Assembly: GCA_964035545.1 (NCBI GenBank)
Contig: OZ037765.1
Location: forward strand, 35,426,080-35,490,079
Reading direction: 5' to 3'
DNA length: 64,000 nt
Source: Bugula neritina
Taxonomy: Eukaryota > Animalia > Bryozoa
The translations under genes were made by a program, and so were the position numbers. Of this stretch, positions 1 through 15,500 are shown piece after piece; the first letter of the stretch is position 1; each line of letters begins with the position of its first letter. Below the pieces are notes generated by a model, which saw only the letters and a program-made list of their open reading frames with translations, had not been told where the DNA came from and did not search any database.

Positions 1-21
1 TATTACATTACTTACACTTTC

Positions 22-845
22 CACTCTACTCTATACTCTACTCTATACTCTACTCTATACTCTACTCTATAATCTACTCTATACTCTACTCTATACTCTA
101 CTTTATACTCTATACTCTACTTTATACTCTATACTCTACTCTACTCTACTCTACTCTACTCTACTCTACTCTACTCTACTCTACTCTACTCTACTCTACT
201 CTACTCTACTCTACTCTACTCCACTCCACTCCACTCCACTCCACTCCACTCCACTCCACTCCACTCCACTCCACTCCACTCCACTCCACTCCACTCCACT
301 CCACTCCACTCCACTCCACTCCACTCCACGCCACTCCACGCCACACGCCACTCCACGCCACACGCCACACGCCACTCCACGCCACACGCCACTCCACGCC
401 ACACTCCACACTCCACACTCCACTCCACGCCACACTCCACACTCCACACTCCACTCCACGCCACACTCCACACTCCACTCCACGCCACACTCCACACTCC
501 ACACTCCACTCCACGCCACACTCCACACTCCACACTCCACTCCACGCCACACTCCACACTCCACACTCCACTCTACGCCACACTCCACACTCCACACTCC
601 ACTCTACGCCACACTCCACACTCCACACTCCACTCTACGCCACACTCCACACTCCACACTCCACACTACGCCACACTCCACACTCCACACTCCACACTAC
701 GCCACACTCCACACTCCACACTCCACACTCCACACTCCACACTCCACACTCCACACTCCACACTCCACACTCCACACTCCACACTCCACACTCCACACTC
801 CACACTCCACACTCCACACTCCACACTCCACACTCCATACTCTAC
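22..845. repeat. compound microsatellite (CTATA/CTACT)n to (CCACT)n to (CCACACT)n
   Basis: Direct reading; lies in an SZT2 intron. Confidence 0.95.
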
Positions 846-981
846 TCAGTAGTAAATATTATTTGTGGTCTTTTGAAGCACATAATGGGAGTTATCATCT
901 CATCCCCCTGTATCGTGTGAGATATGAATGAAAATCAAAGTTAGAAGTTGTGTTCTCATATGGACCTTTCTCTCTCTGTAG

Positions 982-3517
982 CAGCAGCGAACCTAGAGGT
1001 GCTGCCTCAGCCTGGCATGGCCACACCCCCACTGGACGTAGCCACACCCCCACTGGACGTAGCGACACGCCCACTGGCCAGAGCCACACCCCCACTGGAC
1101 GTAGCCACACCCCCACTGGACGTAGTGTCACGACCTCTACAGCAGAAGAGGAGAGTGTAGAGATACCGGAGTGGAAGTGTTACTGTTTCCCTGATCTGAG
1201 TTCCACAGACAAGAGCGGGGCTCCCAACACTGTGACGATACTTTTCCTCCCCGCCTCCTACCAGAGTCTGTCTATGATCTCACGCTACCCTGAGACACAC
1301 AGGGGTGAGCGGATAACTTCTTCTACACCTGCCACTCTACAGTATAGTTAGTTATCCAATGAAATGTCTCGTTAATCGTGTGTTGTTCAATGAAATGCAG
1401 TATTACAAGGTCACATGACATTATTCTGTTTCACAGCTGCAGACTGTAGCAACGTTGAATCGGCCAATGAGGTGCCTCCTCTCAATTTAAATGGATATGC
1501 CGGGAACACACCCACAGACTCCGCCCACAGTTACCTCCCCCTCCCGATATACCTGTACCACTGCGCCAGGTCTCAGGTGGTCAAGAGATTGGTGAGCTAC
1601 AGCACCTACCAGCCAGCACCTGACGAGTACATAGTAAGTGTAACTTACCTGACTAGTACATAGTAAGTGTAACTTACCTCACTAGTATATAGTAAGTGTA
1701 ACTTACCTCACTAGTATATAGTAAGTATAACTTACCTCACTAGTATATGGTAAGTATAACCTACCTCACTAGTATATAGTAAGTATAACTTACCTCACTA
1801 GTATATAGTAAGTATAACTTACCTCACGAGTACATAGTAAGTGTAACTTACCTCACTAGTATATAGTAAGTGTAACTTACACCTGACGAGTACAATATTG
1901 TCTTGTAGGACATGAATCCCCCGACCATCCAGGAAAGTGATGCTCAGAAAGAGGCTGCATCCTCTCAGCGCTCCCAGAAGGCCGAGCAGGCAGACGACGT
2001 CCTTCACTCTCCAACCTACAGACGGAGACGGCGGAACGAGTCGAGTGGCTCTCGGTATTCGTTCAGCAGAGCTCAGTCTATGGAGTTCTCCAACACTCAG
2101 CTAATTGACTACTGCGGCGAGATATTCTACAAGAGCTTCGTTCACGGTACTCTCTCCACTACTCTGTGTGTTTATCTGTGTCATTCTCTTCATTCTTCTG
2201 TGTGTTTATCTGTGTCACTCTCTCCACTCTTCTGTGTGTTTATCTGTGTCACTCTCTCCACTCTTCTGTGTGTTTATCTGTGTCACTCTCTCCACTCTTC
2301 TGTGTGTTTATCTGTGTCACTCTCTCCACTCTTCTGTGTGTTTATCTGTGTCACTCTCTCCACTCTTCTGTGTGTTTATCTGCGTCACTCTCTTCATTCT
2401 TCTGTGTGTTTATCTGTGTCACTCTCTCCACTCTTCTGTGTGTTTATCTGTGTCACTCTCTCCACTCTTCTGTGTGTTTATCTGTGTCACTCTCTCCACT
2501 CTTCTGTGTGTTTATCTGTGTCACTCTCTCCACTCTTCTGTGTGTTTATCTGTGTCACTCTCTTCATTACTCTGTGTGTTTATCTGCGTCACTCTCTTCA
2601 TTACTCTGTGTGTTTATCTGTGTCACTCTCTCCACTCTTCTGTGTGTTTATCTGTGTCACTCTCTCCACTCTTCTGTGTGTTTATCTGTGTCACTCTCTC
2701 CACTCTTCTGTGTGTTTATCTGTGTCACTCTCTTCATTCTTCTGTGTGTTTATCTGTGTCACTCTCTCCACTCTTCTGTGTGTTTATCTGTGTCACTCTC
2801 TCCACTCTTCTGTGTGTTTATCTGTGTCACTCTCTTCATTCTTCTATGTGTTTATCTGTGTCACTCTCTCCACTCTTCTGTGTGTTTCTCTGTGTCACTC
2901 TCTTCACTCTTCTGTGTGTTTATCTGTGTCACTCTCTTCACTCTTCTGAGTGTTTATCTGTGTCACTCTCTTCACTCTTCTGTGTGTTTATCTGTGTCAC
3001 TCTCTCCACTCTTCTGTGTGTTTATCTGTGTCACTCTCTTCATTCTTCTGTGTGTTTATCTGTGTCACTCTCTTCATTCTTCTGTGTGTTACTTTGTGTG
3101 ACTATACTTTGTATTACTCTATATTATATATACTTTATAAGGAGTTATTCCCCCTCCCTTTCCTCTAGGAGTATTCCACAGTCTCCAGACCGGTCACCAC
3201 GTCTGTAACGAAGACATCGAGCTGGCCCTGAGTAAGTGCGTACAGAACCACATCTGCGAGGTGGACATCACGGACTTCTTGCAACACGTCTGCTCTCACC
3301 TCAAGGTCGTACTGGACCGCTCTCCCTCCTCACACCGACTCTCACTGGACAGCTCGGCCAACGACCAGGTCTTCCTGCAACCACCTGCCACCGTGACTAC
3401 CCCTGGCTCTGCTACTAAATGCGTCAAGTTTGATACGAACACGCCTCTCTCCTCCGCCAATTCCTCTCCGGAGTATCCTAAGAAGCAGAATCGTACCAGG
3501 TGCGTCATATAGCACTG

Positions 3518-3564
<47 letters not shown>

Positions 3565-6500
3565 ACCAAGTGCCTTATATAACACTGTGTCTGTCTGTTT
3601 ATATACTCTACTCTACATATACTAAGTCTTTCCTACTCGTCTGCAGTGGCTCCTCCGATTGCCGGGCCTCCAGTCTCCGGTCCTCCTGGCCCACCAGACT
3701 CCCGTGTCACATCCTCTCCGACAGGAAGTGTGCCTCTCAGAAGTCGGCTCAAAGGGTCAAGGAGAAGTTTGCGGATGTGCTGGACAAGTGGTTCAAGCCC
3801 ATCGCTACGTGCAAAGATGTGTTTTACTACAGCCCGCCCTACTCCACCTCGTCTTCTCCACAGGTTGGTTCTCAGTCTTTGTTCCCTAAAGTGTAATCTG
3901 CAGTCTGTATTCCTTAAAGTGTAATCTACAGTCTCCATTCCCTAAAGTGTAATCTGCAGTCTGTATTCCCTAAAGTGTAATCTACAGTCAGTATCCCTAA
4001 AGTGTAATCTACAGTCTGTATTCCTTAAAGTGTAATCTACAGTCTCCATTCCCTAAAGTGTAATCTGCAGTCTGTATTCCCTAAAGTGTAATCTACAGTC
4101 AGTATCCCTAAAGTGTAATCTACAGTCTGTATTTCCTAAAGTGTAATCTACAGTCTGTATTTCCTAAAGTGTAATCTACAGTCTGTATTCCCTAAAGTGT
4201 AATCTACAGTCTGTATTCCCTAAAGTATAATCTGCAGTCAGTATTCCCTAAAGTATAATCTACAGTCAGTATCCCTAAAGTATAATCTACAGTCAGTATT
4301 CCCTAAAGTATAAGCTACAGTCAGTATCCCTAAAGTATAATCTACAGCTCGTTCCCATATTAGATTAGAGTATGTGTATTGTGACTCCATAAGTATGCGT
4401 GACGTTATCTACTCTGACTTAGTTGTGGCATATCACTGACCTCGTAAGTATGCTGTGTGAGCTTAATGTCACATGCGCCAGTGTTCACTTTACAGCCACC
4501 GTTGTGTTCACTTTACTCACCCAATTTCACTTGCACTGTAACATCTGCATGCAGTTGATCTGAAATTTTATGTTCACACCTGTGCTTTATTTTCTTTGAG
4601 GAGTTGTCATTCCATAGAGTTTTCCATTCATTCTATGAGTGTATTGTAACTTGTTAATCAGTTGACTAGAAGTGGTATTCAATCAGATAAAGTGTGGACA
4701 AGTGAATAGGAAGTTTCTACACTCTCTGTTACTGGGTCATTTCACTTAGTTTAGTACACACGATTAACCTCTAATTTTCAGCTATTTTTTACAATTTAGC
4801 TGCTAATGAACAAGGGTTTTTGCCCATAACTAGTAAAGTATGATTGAATACAATTGACTAATCAGGGTTCTTCTTAATTTTGCTTGATTTCCCTTTTTTT
4901 CCTAATTATTCAGCTACTGTTGATTTCGCAGAGTTATGGTTTTTTATAACACTTTGCAATCAAAGGTTACTGAATATTTAGAAAAAACATGGGAAACCAA
5001 GCAAAATTAAGAAGAATCTTGGTTATTTAGGTGTATTCAATCATATTTTACTAGTTATGGGCAAAAACCCTTGTTCATTAGCAGCTAAATTGTAAAAGAT
5101 AGCTGAAAACTGAAGATTTCCAGTGTGCACTAAATTAGGTAAAATGACCCTAGTACTACTAAGTACAAGGTATGCCACTAGTGACCTTTGACCTCTGTGT
5201 GACCTCTGTATGACCTCTATAGCTCTGCGTTGTCTCCTACAGACAGACGATCAGAAGACCAGCGCCTTCGAATCAGACGAGATGTTTGAAGACGAGGTCT
5301 CAGCTGGTCACATGACCAATGGAGAAAGTCACATGACTGACGGAGGGGGTCACCTGATGCACTCGATGTCGGTAGAGTCAAGGGCTACGACTATAGACGA
5401 TTCTATGCCCCTGTTTGTCTACCTCACAGCTAGCATACACAATGAGAGGGTGGACCAGCCCGTCTCCACTATTCCAGTGTGTCTGTGTGAGTCTCTCAGT
5501 CTAAGACCAGACTTGCTGTCCCATAAAATGTGGCAGCATTCTGAAGTGCGGTATTGTATAGTCACGAGACATGTATACAATTAGCTGCGTATCACTATAG
5601 TATTAATATTTGTGTAATATACAGTGTGTTGTACGACCAGGTGAGCTAGAAGAGGCCCTGGAAGGGAAGGAGAGCATAGATGTGACCCCTGGCACTGCCA
5701 AGGTCACTCTAGACATTATCTGCCTCACTCTGCCCAATGAGCTGAGCGACGTAGACGATACAGACGAACAGTACAGTGACAGGAGCAGACGTCAGACGAG
5801 ATTCAGTACCGGCTCTGTGGACGAGAGAGTGTGTGAACTGGAGAGAGGTATACTATATGATACAGTACTAGTTGTGTAGTGTGTGTACTAGAGAGAGATA
5901 TACTATATGATACAGTACTAGTTGTGTAGTGTGTGTACTAGAGAGATATATACTATATGATACAGTACTAGTTGTGTAGTGTGTGTACTAGAGAGAGATA
6001 TACTATATGATACAGTACTAGTTGTGTAGTGTGTGTACTAGAGAGAGATATACTATATGATACACTACTAGTTGTGTAGTGTGTACTAGAGAGATATATA
6101 CTATATGATACACTACTAGTTGTGTAGTGTGTGTACTAGAGAGAGGTATACTATATGATACAGTACTAGTTGTGTAGTGTGTGTACTAGAGAGAGATATA
6201 CTATATGATACAGTACTAGTTGTGTAGTGTGTGTACTAGAGATATACTATATGATACAGTACTAGTTGTGTAGTGTGTACTAGAGAGATATACTATATGA
6301 TACAGTACTAGTTGTGTAGTGTGTGTACTAGAGAGAGGTATACTATATGATACAGTACTAGTTGTGTAGTGTGTACTAGAGAGATATACTATATGATACA
6401 GTACTAGTTGTGTAGTGTGTACTAGAGAGAGATATACTATATGATACAGTACTAGTTGTGTAGTGTGTGTACTAGAGAGAGATATACTATATGATACAGT

Positions 6501-9500
6501 ACTAGTTGTGTAGTGTGTGTACTAGAGAGAGATATACTATATGATACAGTACTAGTTGTATAGTGTGTGTACTAGAGAGATATACTATATGATACAGTAC
6601 TAGTTGTGTAGTGTGTGTACTAGAGAGAGGTATACTATATGATACAGTACTAGTTGTGTAGTGTGTGTACTAGAGAGAGATATACTATATGATACAGTAC
6701 TAGTTGTGTAGTGTGTACTAGAGAGATATACTATATGATACAGTACTAGTTGTGTAGTGTGTACTAGAGAGGTATACTATATGATACAGTACTAGTTGTG
6801 TAGTGTGTACTAGAGAGAGGTATACTATATGATACAGTACTAGTTGTGTAGTGTGTGTACTAGAGAGAGATATACTATATGATACAGTACTAGTTGTGTA
6901 GTATGTGACCTGGAGAGATATACTATATGATACAGTACTAGTTGTGTAGTGTGTGTACTAGAGAGATTTACTATATGATACAGTACTAGTTGTGTAGTGT
7001 GTACTAGAGAGATATACTATATGATACAGTACTAGTTGTGTAGTGTGTGTACTAGAGAGATATACTATATGATACAGTACTAGTTGTGTAGTGTGTGTAC
7101 TAGAGAGATATACTATATGATACAGTACTAGTTGTGTAGTGTGTGTACTAGAGAGAGGTATACTATATGATACAGTACTAGTTGTGTAGTGTGTGTACTA
7201 GAGAGAGATATACTATATGATACAGTACTAGTTGTGTAGTGTGTGTACTAGAGATATACTATATGATACAGTACTAGTTGTGTAGTGTGTGTACTAGAGA
7301 TATATACTATATGATACAGTACTAGTTGTGTAGTGTGTGTACTAGAGAGATATACTATATGATACAGTACTAGTTGTGTAGTGTGTACTAGAGAGAGGTA
7401 TACTATGTTGTGTACCATATTCAGATTTCGGGGAGGCGTTGGCGCAGTGCCAGCAAGGAATAGAGTGGCTGGTGAGGGATGAGATTGCAGCTGCAATGAG
7501 GTCTTCAGGCTCTATTACTGCCGATACACTGAAAATGGTAACGGATCATGTGAAAAGTAGCACGAGCGAAAAGTCTTGTAAATACGCCAAAGAGAGGCTG
7601 AGATATGTGTTTGGAGCCGAGGACAGCCATGCCATGTTCCTCCAGGTAATGATGTGGCAACAGCTCATTGGCTCTTCATTCAGACATTAGCCAATCAGCT
7701 CTTATAGTTGTTAGGCATGATATTCTACCATCTATTGGTGGAAGGAAAGAGGGTTGAGCTGTAGAGTGTAGAGAGAGATGTTGGGAATATCGTACATAGT
7801 ACATAGCTAGATATAGTATATAGCTAGATATAGTATAGTACATAGCTAGATATAGTACATAGCTAGATATAGTACATAGCTAGATATAGTACATAGCTAG
7901 ATATAGTACATAGCTAGATATAGTACATAGCTAGATATAGTACATAGCTAGATATAGTACATAGCTAGATATAGTACATAGCTAGATATAGTACGTAGCT
8001 AGATATAGTACATAGCTAGATATAGTATAGTACATAGCTAGATATAGTACATAGCTAGATATAGTACATAGCTAGATATAGTACATAGCTAGATATAGTA
8101 CATAGCTAGATATAGTATATAGCTAGATATAGTATAGTACATAGCTAGATATAGTACATAGCTAGATATAGTACATAGCTAGATATAGTACATAGCTAGA
8201 TATAGTACATAGCTAGATATAGTACATAGCTAGATATAGTACATAGCTAGATATAGTACATAGCTAGATATAGTACATAGCTAGATATAGTACGTAGCTA
8301 GATATAGTACATAGCTAGATATAGTATAGTACATAGCTAGATATAGTACATAGCTAGATATAGTACATAGCTAGATATAGTACATAGCTAGATATAGTAC
8401 ATAGCTAGATATAGTACATAGCTAGATATAGTACATAGCTAGATATAGTACAATGTGGTGGTCCAATGCAGGAGTTCGTACGGATGAATGTGACAGGCTA
8501 CCAGCTGGTGCCGTGCTCAGACTACTACTACCTCAGCGTAGACCGAGCGCGTCTCAAGTCTTCTCACCCCAGGGACCTGCACAGTTTCCAGAGTCTGCAG
8601 GACCTGGAGTGTGTCGTGGGACTGCTCAGTGACATGAACCAACAGGGTGCTGAGCTAGACTCACAAGGTTAGTGTGGTCTCCTATCCCCTCCCTACTTCA
8701 GAGTGTTCTCCACATGGCACTGAGGCTATACATTCTCCCCTTATCTTTCTGTCTGTTCATGTCTTTAGCGAGTTTAAAGTTTACTTCCTTAGATCTTGTG
8801 CTGAAACTATTCTGTCTTCTCGTACCAAAGAGTTCATTCTACTAGTTATTTATTAATCAATGTGAATTCTGTGAGTGTCAAGTATTATGGCGGTGTGAGT
8901 AAGAGATGACCTTTAACCTTTATGTTGTGATATACAGTTTATTTCTGAAGCAGGTACCAGCTAATTTGTGTTCTGGTTTAGAGTTACCAAGGTCACCATA
9001 AGGTCACCTCAGTATGCATGACTCAGTCAGTCTTTCCATGTAGTGGCAGAGACCGGGCCAGACGTCACGCCCTCCTCAAAGATGCCCCTAGCCAGGGTAT
9101 CCTCCCTACCTGAACCCACCCCCGTCCCCAGCTGGTCTCTCGACTTCAGTACTTCTGCTGTGGAGGATAACAGGAAGTCCGCCGAGTTTGAGGAGGAGTT
9201 CAGCAGCGGCAGCGAAGAGGTGGGCTGGCTTACCGTAGTGTATAGTAGTATCTAGTGTATATATATACTGTGTCACGTGATAGAGTATACAGTGTACACT
9301 ATACTAGCTAATAGTATCTAGTATATATATATACTGTGTCACGTGATAGAGTATACAGTGTACACTATACTAGCTAATAGTATCTAGTATATATATATAC
9401 TGTGTCACGTGATAGAGTATACAGTGTACACTATACTAGCTAATAGTATCTAGTGTATATACTGTGTCACGTGATAGAGTATACAGTGTACACTATACTA

Positions 9501-12500
9501 GCTAATAGTATCTAGTATATATATACTGTGTCACGTGATAGAGTATACAGTGTACACTATACTAGCTAATAGTATCTAGTATATATATACTGTGTCACGT
9601 GATAGAGTATACAGTGTACACTATACTAGCTAATAGTAGTATCTAGTATATATATATACTCTGTCACGTGATAGAGTATACAGTGTACACTATACTAGCT
9701 AATAGTATCTAGTATATATATACTGTGTCACGTGATAGAGTATACAGTGTACACTATACTAGCTAATAGTAGTATCTAGTATATATATACTGTGTCACGT
9801 GATGGAGTATACAGTGTACACTATACTAGCTAATAGTATCTAGTATATATACTGTGTCACGTGATAGAGTATACAGTGTACACTATACTAGCTAATAGTA
9901 GTATCTAGTATATATATACTCTGTCACGTGATAGAGTATACAGTGTACACTATACTAGCAAATAGTATCTAGTATATATACTGTGTCACGTGATAGAGTA
10001 TACAGTGTACACTATACTAGCTAATAGTATGTAGTATATATATACTGTGTCTCGTGATAGAGTATACAGTGTACACTATACTAGCTAGTAGTATCTAGTA
10101 TATATATATACTCTGTCACGTGATAGAGTATACAGTGTACACTATACTAGCTAGTAGTATCTAGTATATATATATACTGTGTCACGTGATAGAGTATACA
10201 GTGTACACTATACTAGCTAATAGTAGTATCTAGTATATATATATATACTGTGTCACGTGATAGAGTATACAGTGTACACTATACTAGCTAATAGTATCTA
10301 GTATATATATATACTGTGTCACGTGATAGAGTATACAGTGTACACTATACTAGCTAATAGTAGTATCTAGTATATATATACTGTGTCACGTGATGGAGTA
10401 TACAGTGTACACTATACTAGCAAATAGTATCTAGTATATATATACTGTGTCACGTGATAGAGTATACAGTGTACACTATACTAGCTAATAGTATCTAGTA
10501 TATATATACTGTGTCACGTGATAGAGTATACAGTGTACACTATACTAGCTAATAATAGTATATATATATATACTGTGTCACGTGATAGAGTATACAGTGT
10601 ACACTATACTAGCTAATAGTATGTAGTATATATATACTGTGTCTCGTGATAGAGTATACAGTGTACACTATACTAGCTAGTAGTATCTAGTATATATATA
10701 TACTCTGTCACGTGATAGAGTATACAGTGTACACTATACTAGCTAGTAGTATCTAGTATATATATATACTCTGTCACGTGATAGAGTATACAGTGTACAC
10801 TATACTAGCTAATAGTAGTATCTAGTATATATATATATACTGTGTCACGTGATAGAGTATACAGTGTACACTATACTAGCTAATAGTATCTAGTATATAT
10901 ATATACTGTGTCACGTGATAGAGTATACAGTGTACACTATACTAGCTAATAATAGTATATATATATACTGTGTCACGTGATAGAGTATACAGTGTACACT
11001 ATACTAGCTAATAGTATCTAGTATATATATATATACTGTGTCACGTGATAGAGTATACAGTGTACACTATACTAGCTAATAATAGTATATATATATACTG
11101 TGTCACGTGATAGAGTATACAGTGTACACTATACTAGCTAATAGTATCTAGTATATATATATACTGTGTCACGTGATAGAGTATACAGTGTACACTATAC
11201 TAGCTAATAGTATCTAGTATATATATACTGTGTCACGTGATAGAGTATACAGTGTACACTATACTAGCTAATAGTATCTAGTATATATATACTGTGTCAC
11301 GTGATAGAGTATACAGTGTACACTATACTAGCTAATAGTAGTATCTAGTATATATATATACTCTGTCACGTGATAGAGTATACAGTGTACACTATACTAG
11401 CTAATAGTATCTAGTATATATATACTGTGTCACGTGATGGAGTATACAGTGTACACTATACTAGCAAATAGTATCTAGTATATATACTGTGTCACGTGAT
11501 AGAGTATACAGTGTACACTATACTAGCAAATAGTATGTAGTATATATATACTGTGTCTCGTGATAGAGTATACAGTGTACACTATACTAGCTAGTAGTAT
11601 CTAGTATATATATATATACTCTGTCACGTGATAGAGTATACAGTGTACACTATACTAGCTAGTAGTATCTAGTATATATATATACTCTGTCACGTGATAG
11701 AGTATACAGTGTACACTATACTAGCTAATAGTAGTATCTAGTATATATATATATATACTGTGTCACGTGATAGAGTATACAGTGTACACTATACTAGCTA
11801 ATAGTATCTAGTATATATATATACTGTGTCACGTGATAGAGTATACAGTGTACACTATACTAGCTAATAATAGTATATATATATACTGTGTCACGTGATA
11901 GAGTATACAGTGTACACTATACTAGCTAATAGTATCTAGTATATATATATACTGTGTCACGTGATAGAGTATACAGTGTACACTATACTAGCTAATAGTA
12001 TCTAGTATATATATATACTGTGTCACGTGATAGAGTATACAGTGTACACTATACTAGCTAATAATAGTATATATATATACTGTGTCACGTGATAGAGTAT
12101 ACAGTGTACACTATACTAGCTAATAGTATCTAGTATATATATATACTGTGTCACGTGATAGAGTATACAGTTTGTTTGTTTGTTTGTTTGTTTGGTTTAT
12201 TTCATCAAAGGTATTTAATAACACAAGGACATTAGAAAATGCCAAGGAGGCGATGATGAGGCCCATTGCGCTATAGCCTAGCTAGTCATGCGCGGGCCAA
12301 CACGAGCTGACAGCGACTCTATCCAGAAAAATACAAAAAAAATACAACTATTCTAACAGATAAAGCCTCAACTTCCTCCCAAATTCATTAGGGTTGCTAA
12401 TTGACCGTAAAGGGATTGGCAGTTCATTCCATAGTGCCACCTCCTGATAACAGTTTCTTCTGTGACCTGCTGCTGTTTGAGAGTGAGGAAGGGGGAGATT

Positions 12501-15500
12501 TATGAATGATTGACGTGTATTGATAGAGTGAGTGGGAAAAAAATTGTCAGAGTAGAAAAAAGAATGAGCTTTCTTTAACACTTTAAAACGGTAAATCTGG
12601 TATATTGAGAGAACTTTATGCTTAGTAAATAGAGGCGCTGATGGATGGTCAAACGGTTTTTTGTTCATGATACGCATTACCTTTTTTTGAAAAATAAAAA
12701 TCTTGTTTAGATGGGTATTAGCTGCATTTCCCCAGGCCTCTGCACAATAATTTAACTTGGAATTGATGAAAGAATTATATATCAAAAGTAAAATTTTTTG
12801 AGGGAGATATTCAGAACATCGGTATATTAATCCACTAAGTGGTCGTAATTTTGTAAGTAGGTTTGAGATGTGCAAGCTCCAATTTAAATTTTTATCTATT
12901 TGTACACCTAGAAAAGTTATGCTGTTAGAGTAATTTATAGGTCTTTTATTTAATAATATACAGTTTTCTAGAATTTGAAAAGGATTTTGGTAGTTTTTTA
13001 AAACAATATAGTTGCATTTTTCATAGTTTATAGTGAGTTTGTTTTTATTGCACCAAATTGACAGAGAGTTTAGATCTTGATTTATAGCTTCCAAATGGGA
13101 GTTCAAATCTTTTGATTCAAAAAATAAATTAGTGTCGTCGGCATAGAAAATGGGATTAAAAAGTTTAAATTGTTGAGCAAGATCGTTTATATATATCAAA
13201 AATAAGGTAGGGCCCAAGACAGATCCCTGGGGAACCCCACAGGTCACTGATCGTGAACTTGATAAGGTTGCATTTACTAGTGTGGAATGACTTCGGTTTG
13301 ATAGGTAGTTAGCAACCCATGACACTGTGGATTCACTAAAACCAAGTTTTCTCATTTTTGCAAGTAAAATATTGTGATTTATAGTGTCAAAAGCCTTACT
13401 AAAATCTATAAAAATTCCGAGAACGCAATTTCCATTGTTAAAAGCTTCGAGCGTATTATTTTTAAATTTAACAACAGCATCTGCAGTACTTAAATTTTTT
13501 CGAAAGCCATATTGATTCTTAGAAATCAAATTTTTAGATTCTAAAAAGTTTAAAATTTGATTGTTAACAATTTTTTCAAGTATTTTACTAAAAATGGGGA
13601 GGATTGAAATAGGGCGGTAGTTTTCACATCTGTCATGAGAACCTTTTTTGTAGAATGGTAATATTTTAGCAGTTTTAATTTGCGCTGGAACAATTTTTTC
13701 TTCTATGCTTTTGTTAAATAAATAGGCAAGTGGTGTAGATAGTGAAATTTTGCAAAATTTGATAAGTTTAGTCGGGATATTGTCTAAACCTATAGCTTTC
13801 TTGGAATCTAGTTTTTCAATGATCTCAATTATTTGAGATTCATCAGTTTTTTTTAAATGAAATTCTTCTTTAGTAATATTTGTCAGCATTGAGTAGGTAT
13901 CGGAGTTCGAATTTGTAAAATTTGAAGCTAGTTTTTGGGCTATTGTTGAAAAATACAGATTGAAATTGTTAGCTATATCCATATTGCTATCTAGCATGGT
14001 TTCAGAGTCCTCAACCGAATACAGTTTTGATGAAAAGCATCTTTTGTTTAGTTTGGCTTTCCCTGTTTGTTCATTTATAAGTACCCAAAGCTGCGAACTG
14101 TTACAATTGCTAATAAAAGCTTTAAAATAATCATATTTAGCGGTTCTCAGATCAGCATTCAAATTATTTCTAAAAGCATTATATCTTTTTAAAATCTTTT
14201 TATTCAGGGGTGCTTTTTTCACTCGTTTGTGAAGTGCATATTTCTTTTTGATTTGAGTTAAAAGATGTTCAGTAATCCATGGTTTTTGTGCAAACTTTTT
14301 AGAAGGCCTATTGTTTTCAATAGTCTGTGAACAACTTTCAATGAGAAATTTTAGTCTAGTAATAAATATATCATAGTTTACTTCACAATTTTGTGAGTCA
14401 TCAAAGAGCTTCAACCAGCAAAATGAGTTTATCTTGGAAACTAGTTTGGAATAATTAATAGTTCTATACATATCATCTGAGACAATATTAGTTCTATTTG
14501 AACAATTCAGTTGAAACGTCACAAAAGTGGGTAGGTGGTCACTCAAATCTGACTCAATGGTTCCAGATTTACCGTTTATGCAAGAGAAGTTTAGAAGGAT
14601 ATGATCTAAACAGCTAGCTCGTGACGATGAGATTCTAGTTGGGAGAGTGATAGCATTGTAAAAGGCATAGGTAGAAATAGTGGTGGAATAAGTGTCACTT
14701 ACATTCATGTCAAGGGTATCTATATTGATGTCACCTACTACAATATGGGGAGAAGAATCATGGGAAATATAAGCCTCCAGGTCACTAAGAAACGCATCAG
14801 TGGAGGAAGCACCGGGCTGCCTGTATATAATTGTGAGTCTGAAATGGGAAGACTTTGAGGCCTGACTGTGTAGAACAAGTGAGAGGACGTCTGCTCCAGA
14901 CAGCGAAACAGCCTTCGTGTCGGCCCCCAGGCCACACCGCACATAGGCCCCAACACCACCTCCTCTACCCAGTCTCTGACTACCTACAAAATCATAACCT
15001 TCAAGTTTAAAAAATTGAATTTCATCATCATTTAGCCAAGTTTCAGTTAAACAAATTACATCAAAGGGGTTAGAAAAAGTGTTCAAAAAATATTCAAAAT
15101 GTGAAAATTTATTTCTAATGCTTTGAATATTAAAGTTAAGAAGAGAGAAAGTTGAATTATTTACTTCTAGTTTGTTAAAAGAAAAGATGTCGTATGCTGT
15201 GCAGTTAATTTCATGCATTTTGCAAAAGATAACTTAGCAGTTTAAGTTAAATACAAAAGTGAGGTACACTAAACACATTTCAGGTTCTCGAGATCATTTA
15301 CATCATTTATTTGGATAGCCTCCGAGTCAGGTGTTCTGCGCAAGTAAATTCGTTGGGCAAATGTCCAAACATACTTATAGTTGTTTGATTTTTTGAAGTT
15401 TAGTATAGCTAATAGTATATAGTATATATATATACTGTGTCACGTGATAGAGTATACAGTGTACACTATACTAGCTAATAGTATCTAGTATATATATACT

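Noticed and set aside
206-838. ORFs of WSVECGV repeats, and a possible telomeric repeat
   Set aside because: These are translations of a microsatellite. The motif is heterogeneous, is not TTAGGG/TTAGG, and lies inside an SZT2 intron.
1912-3208. Long Cys/Leu-rich ORFs in three frames
   Set aside because: A stop-free 34-bp repeat. Only 1909-2146 and 3169 onward are real exon.
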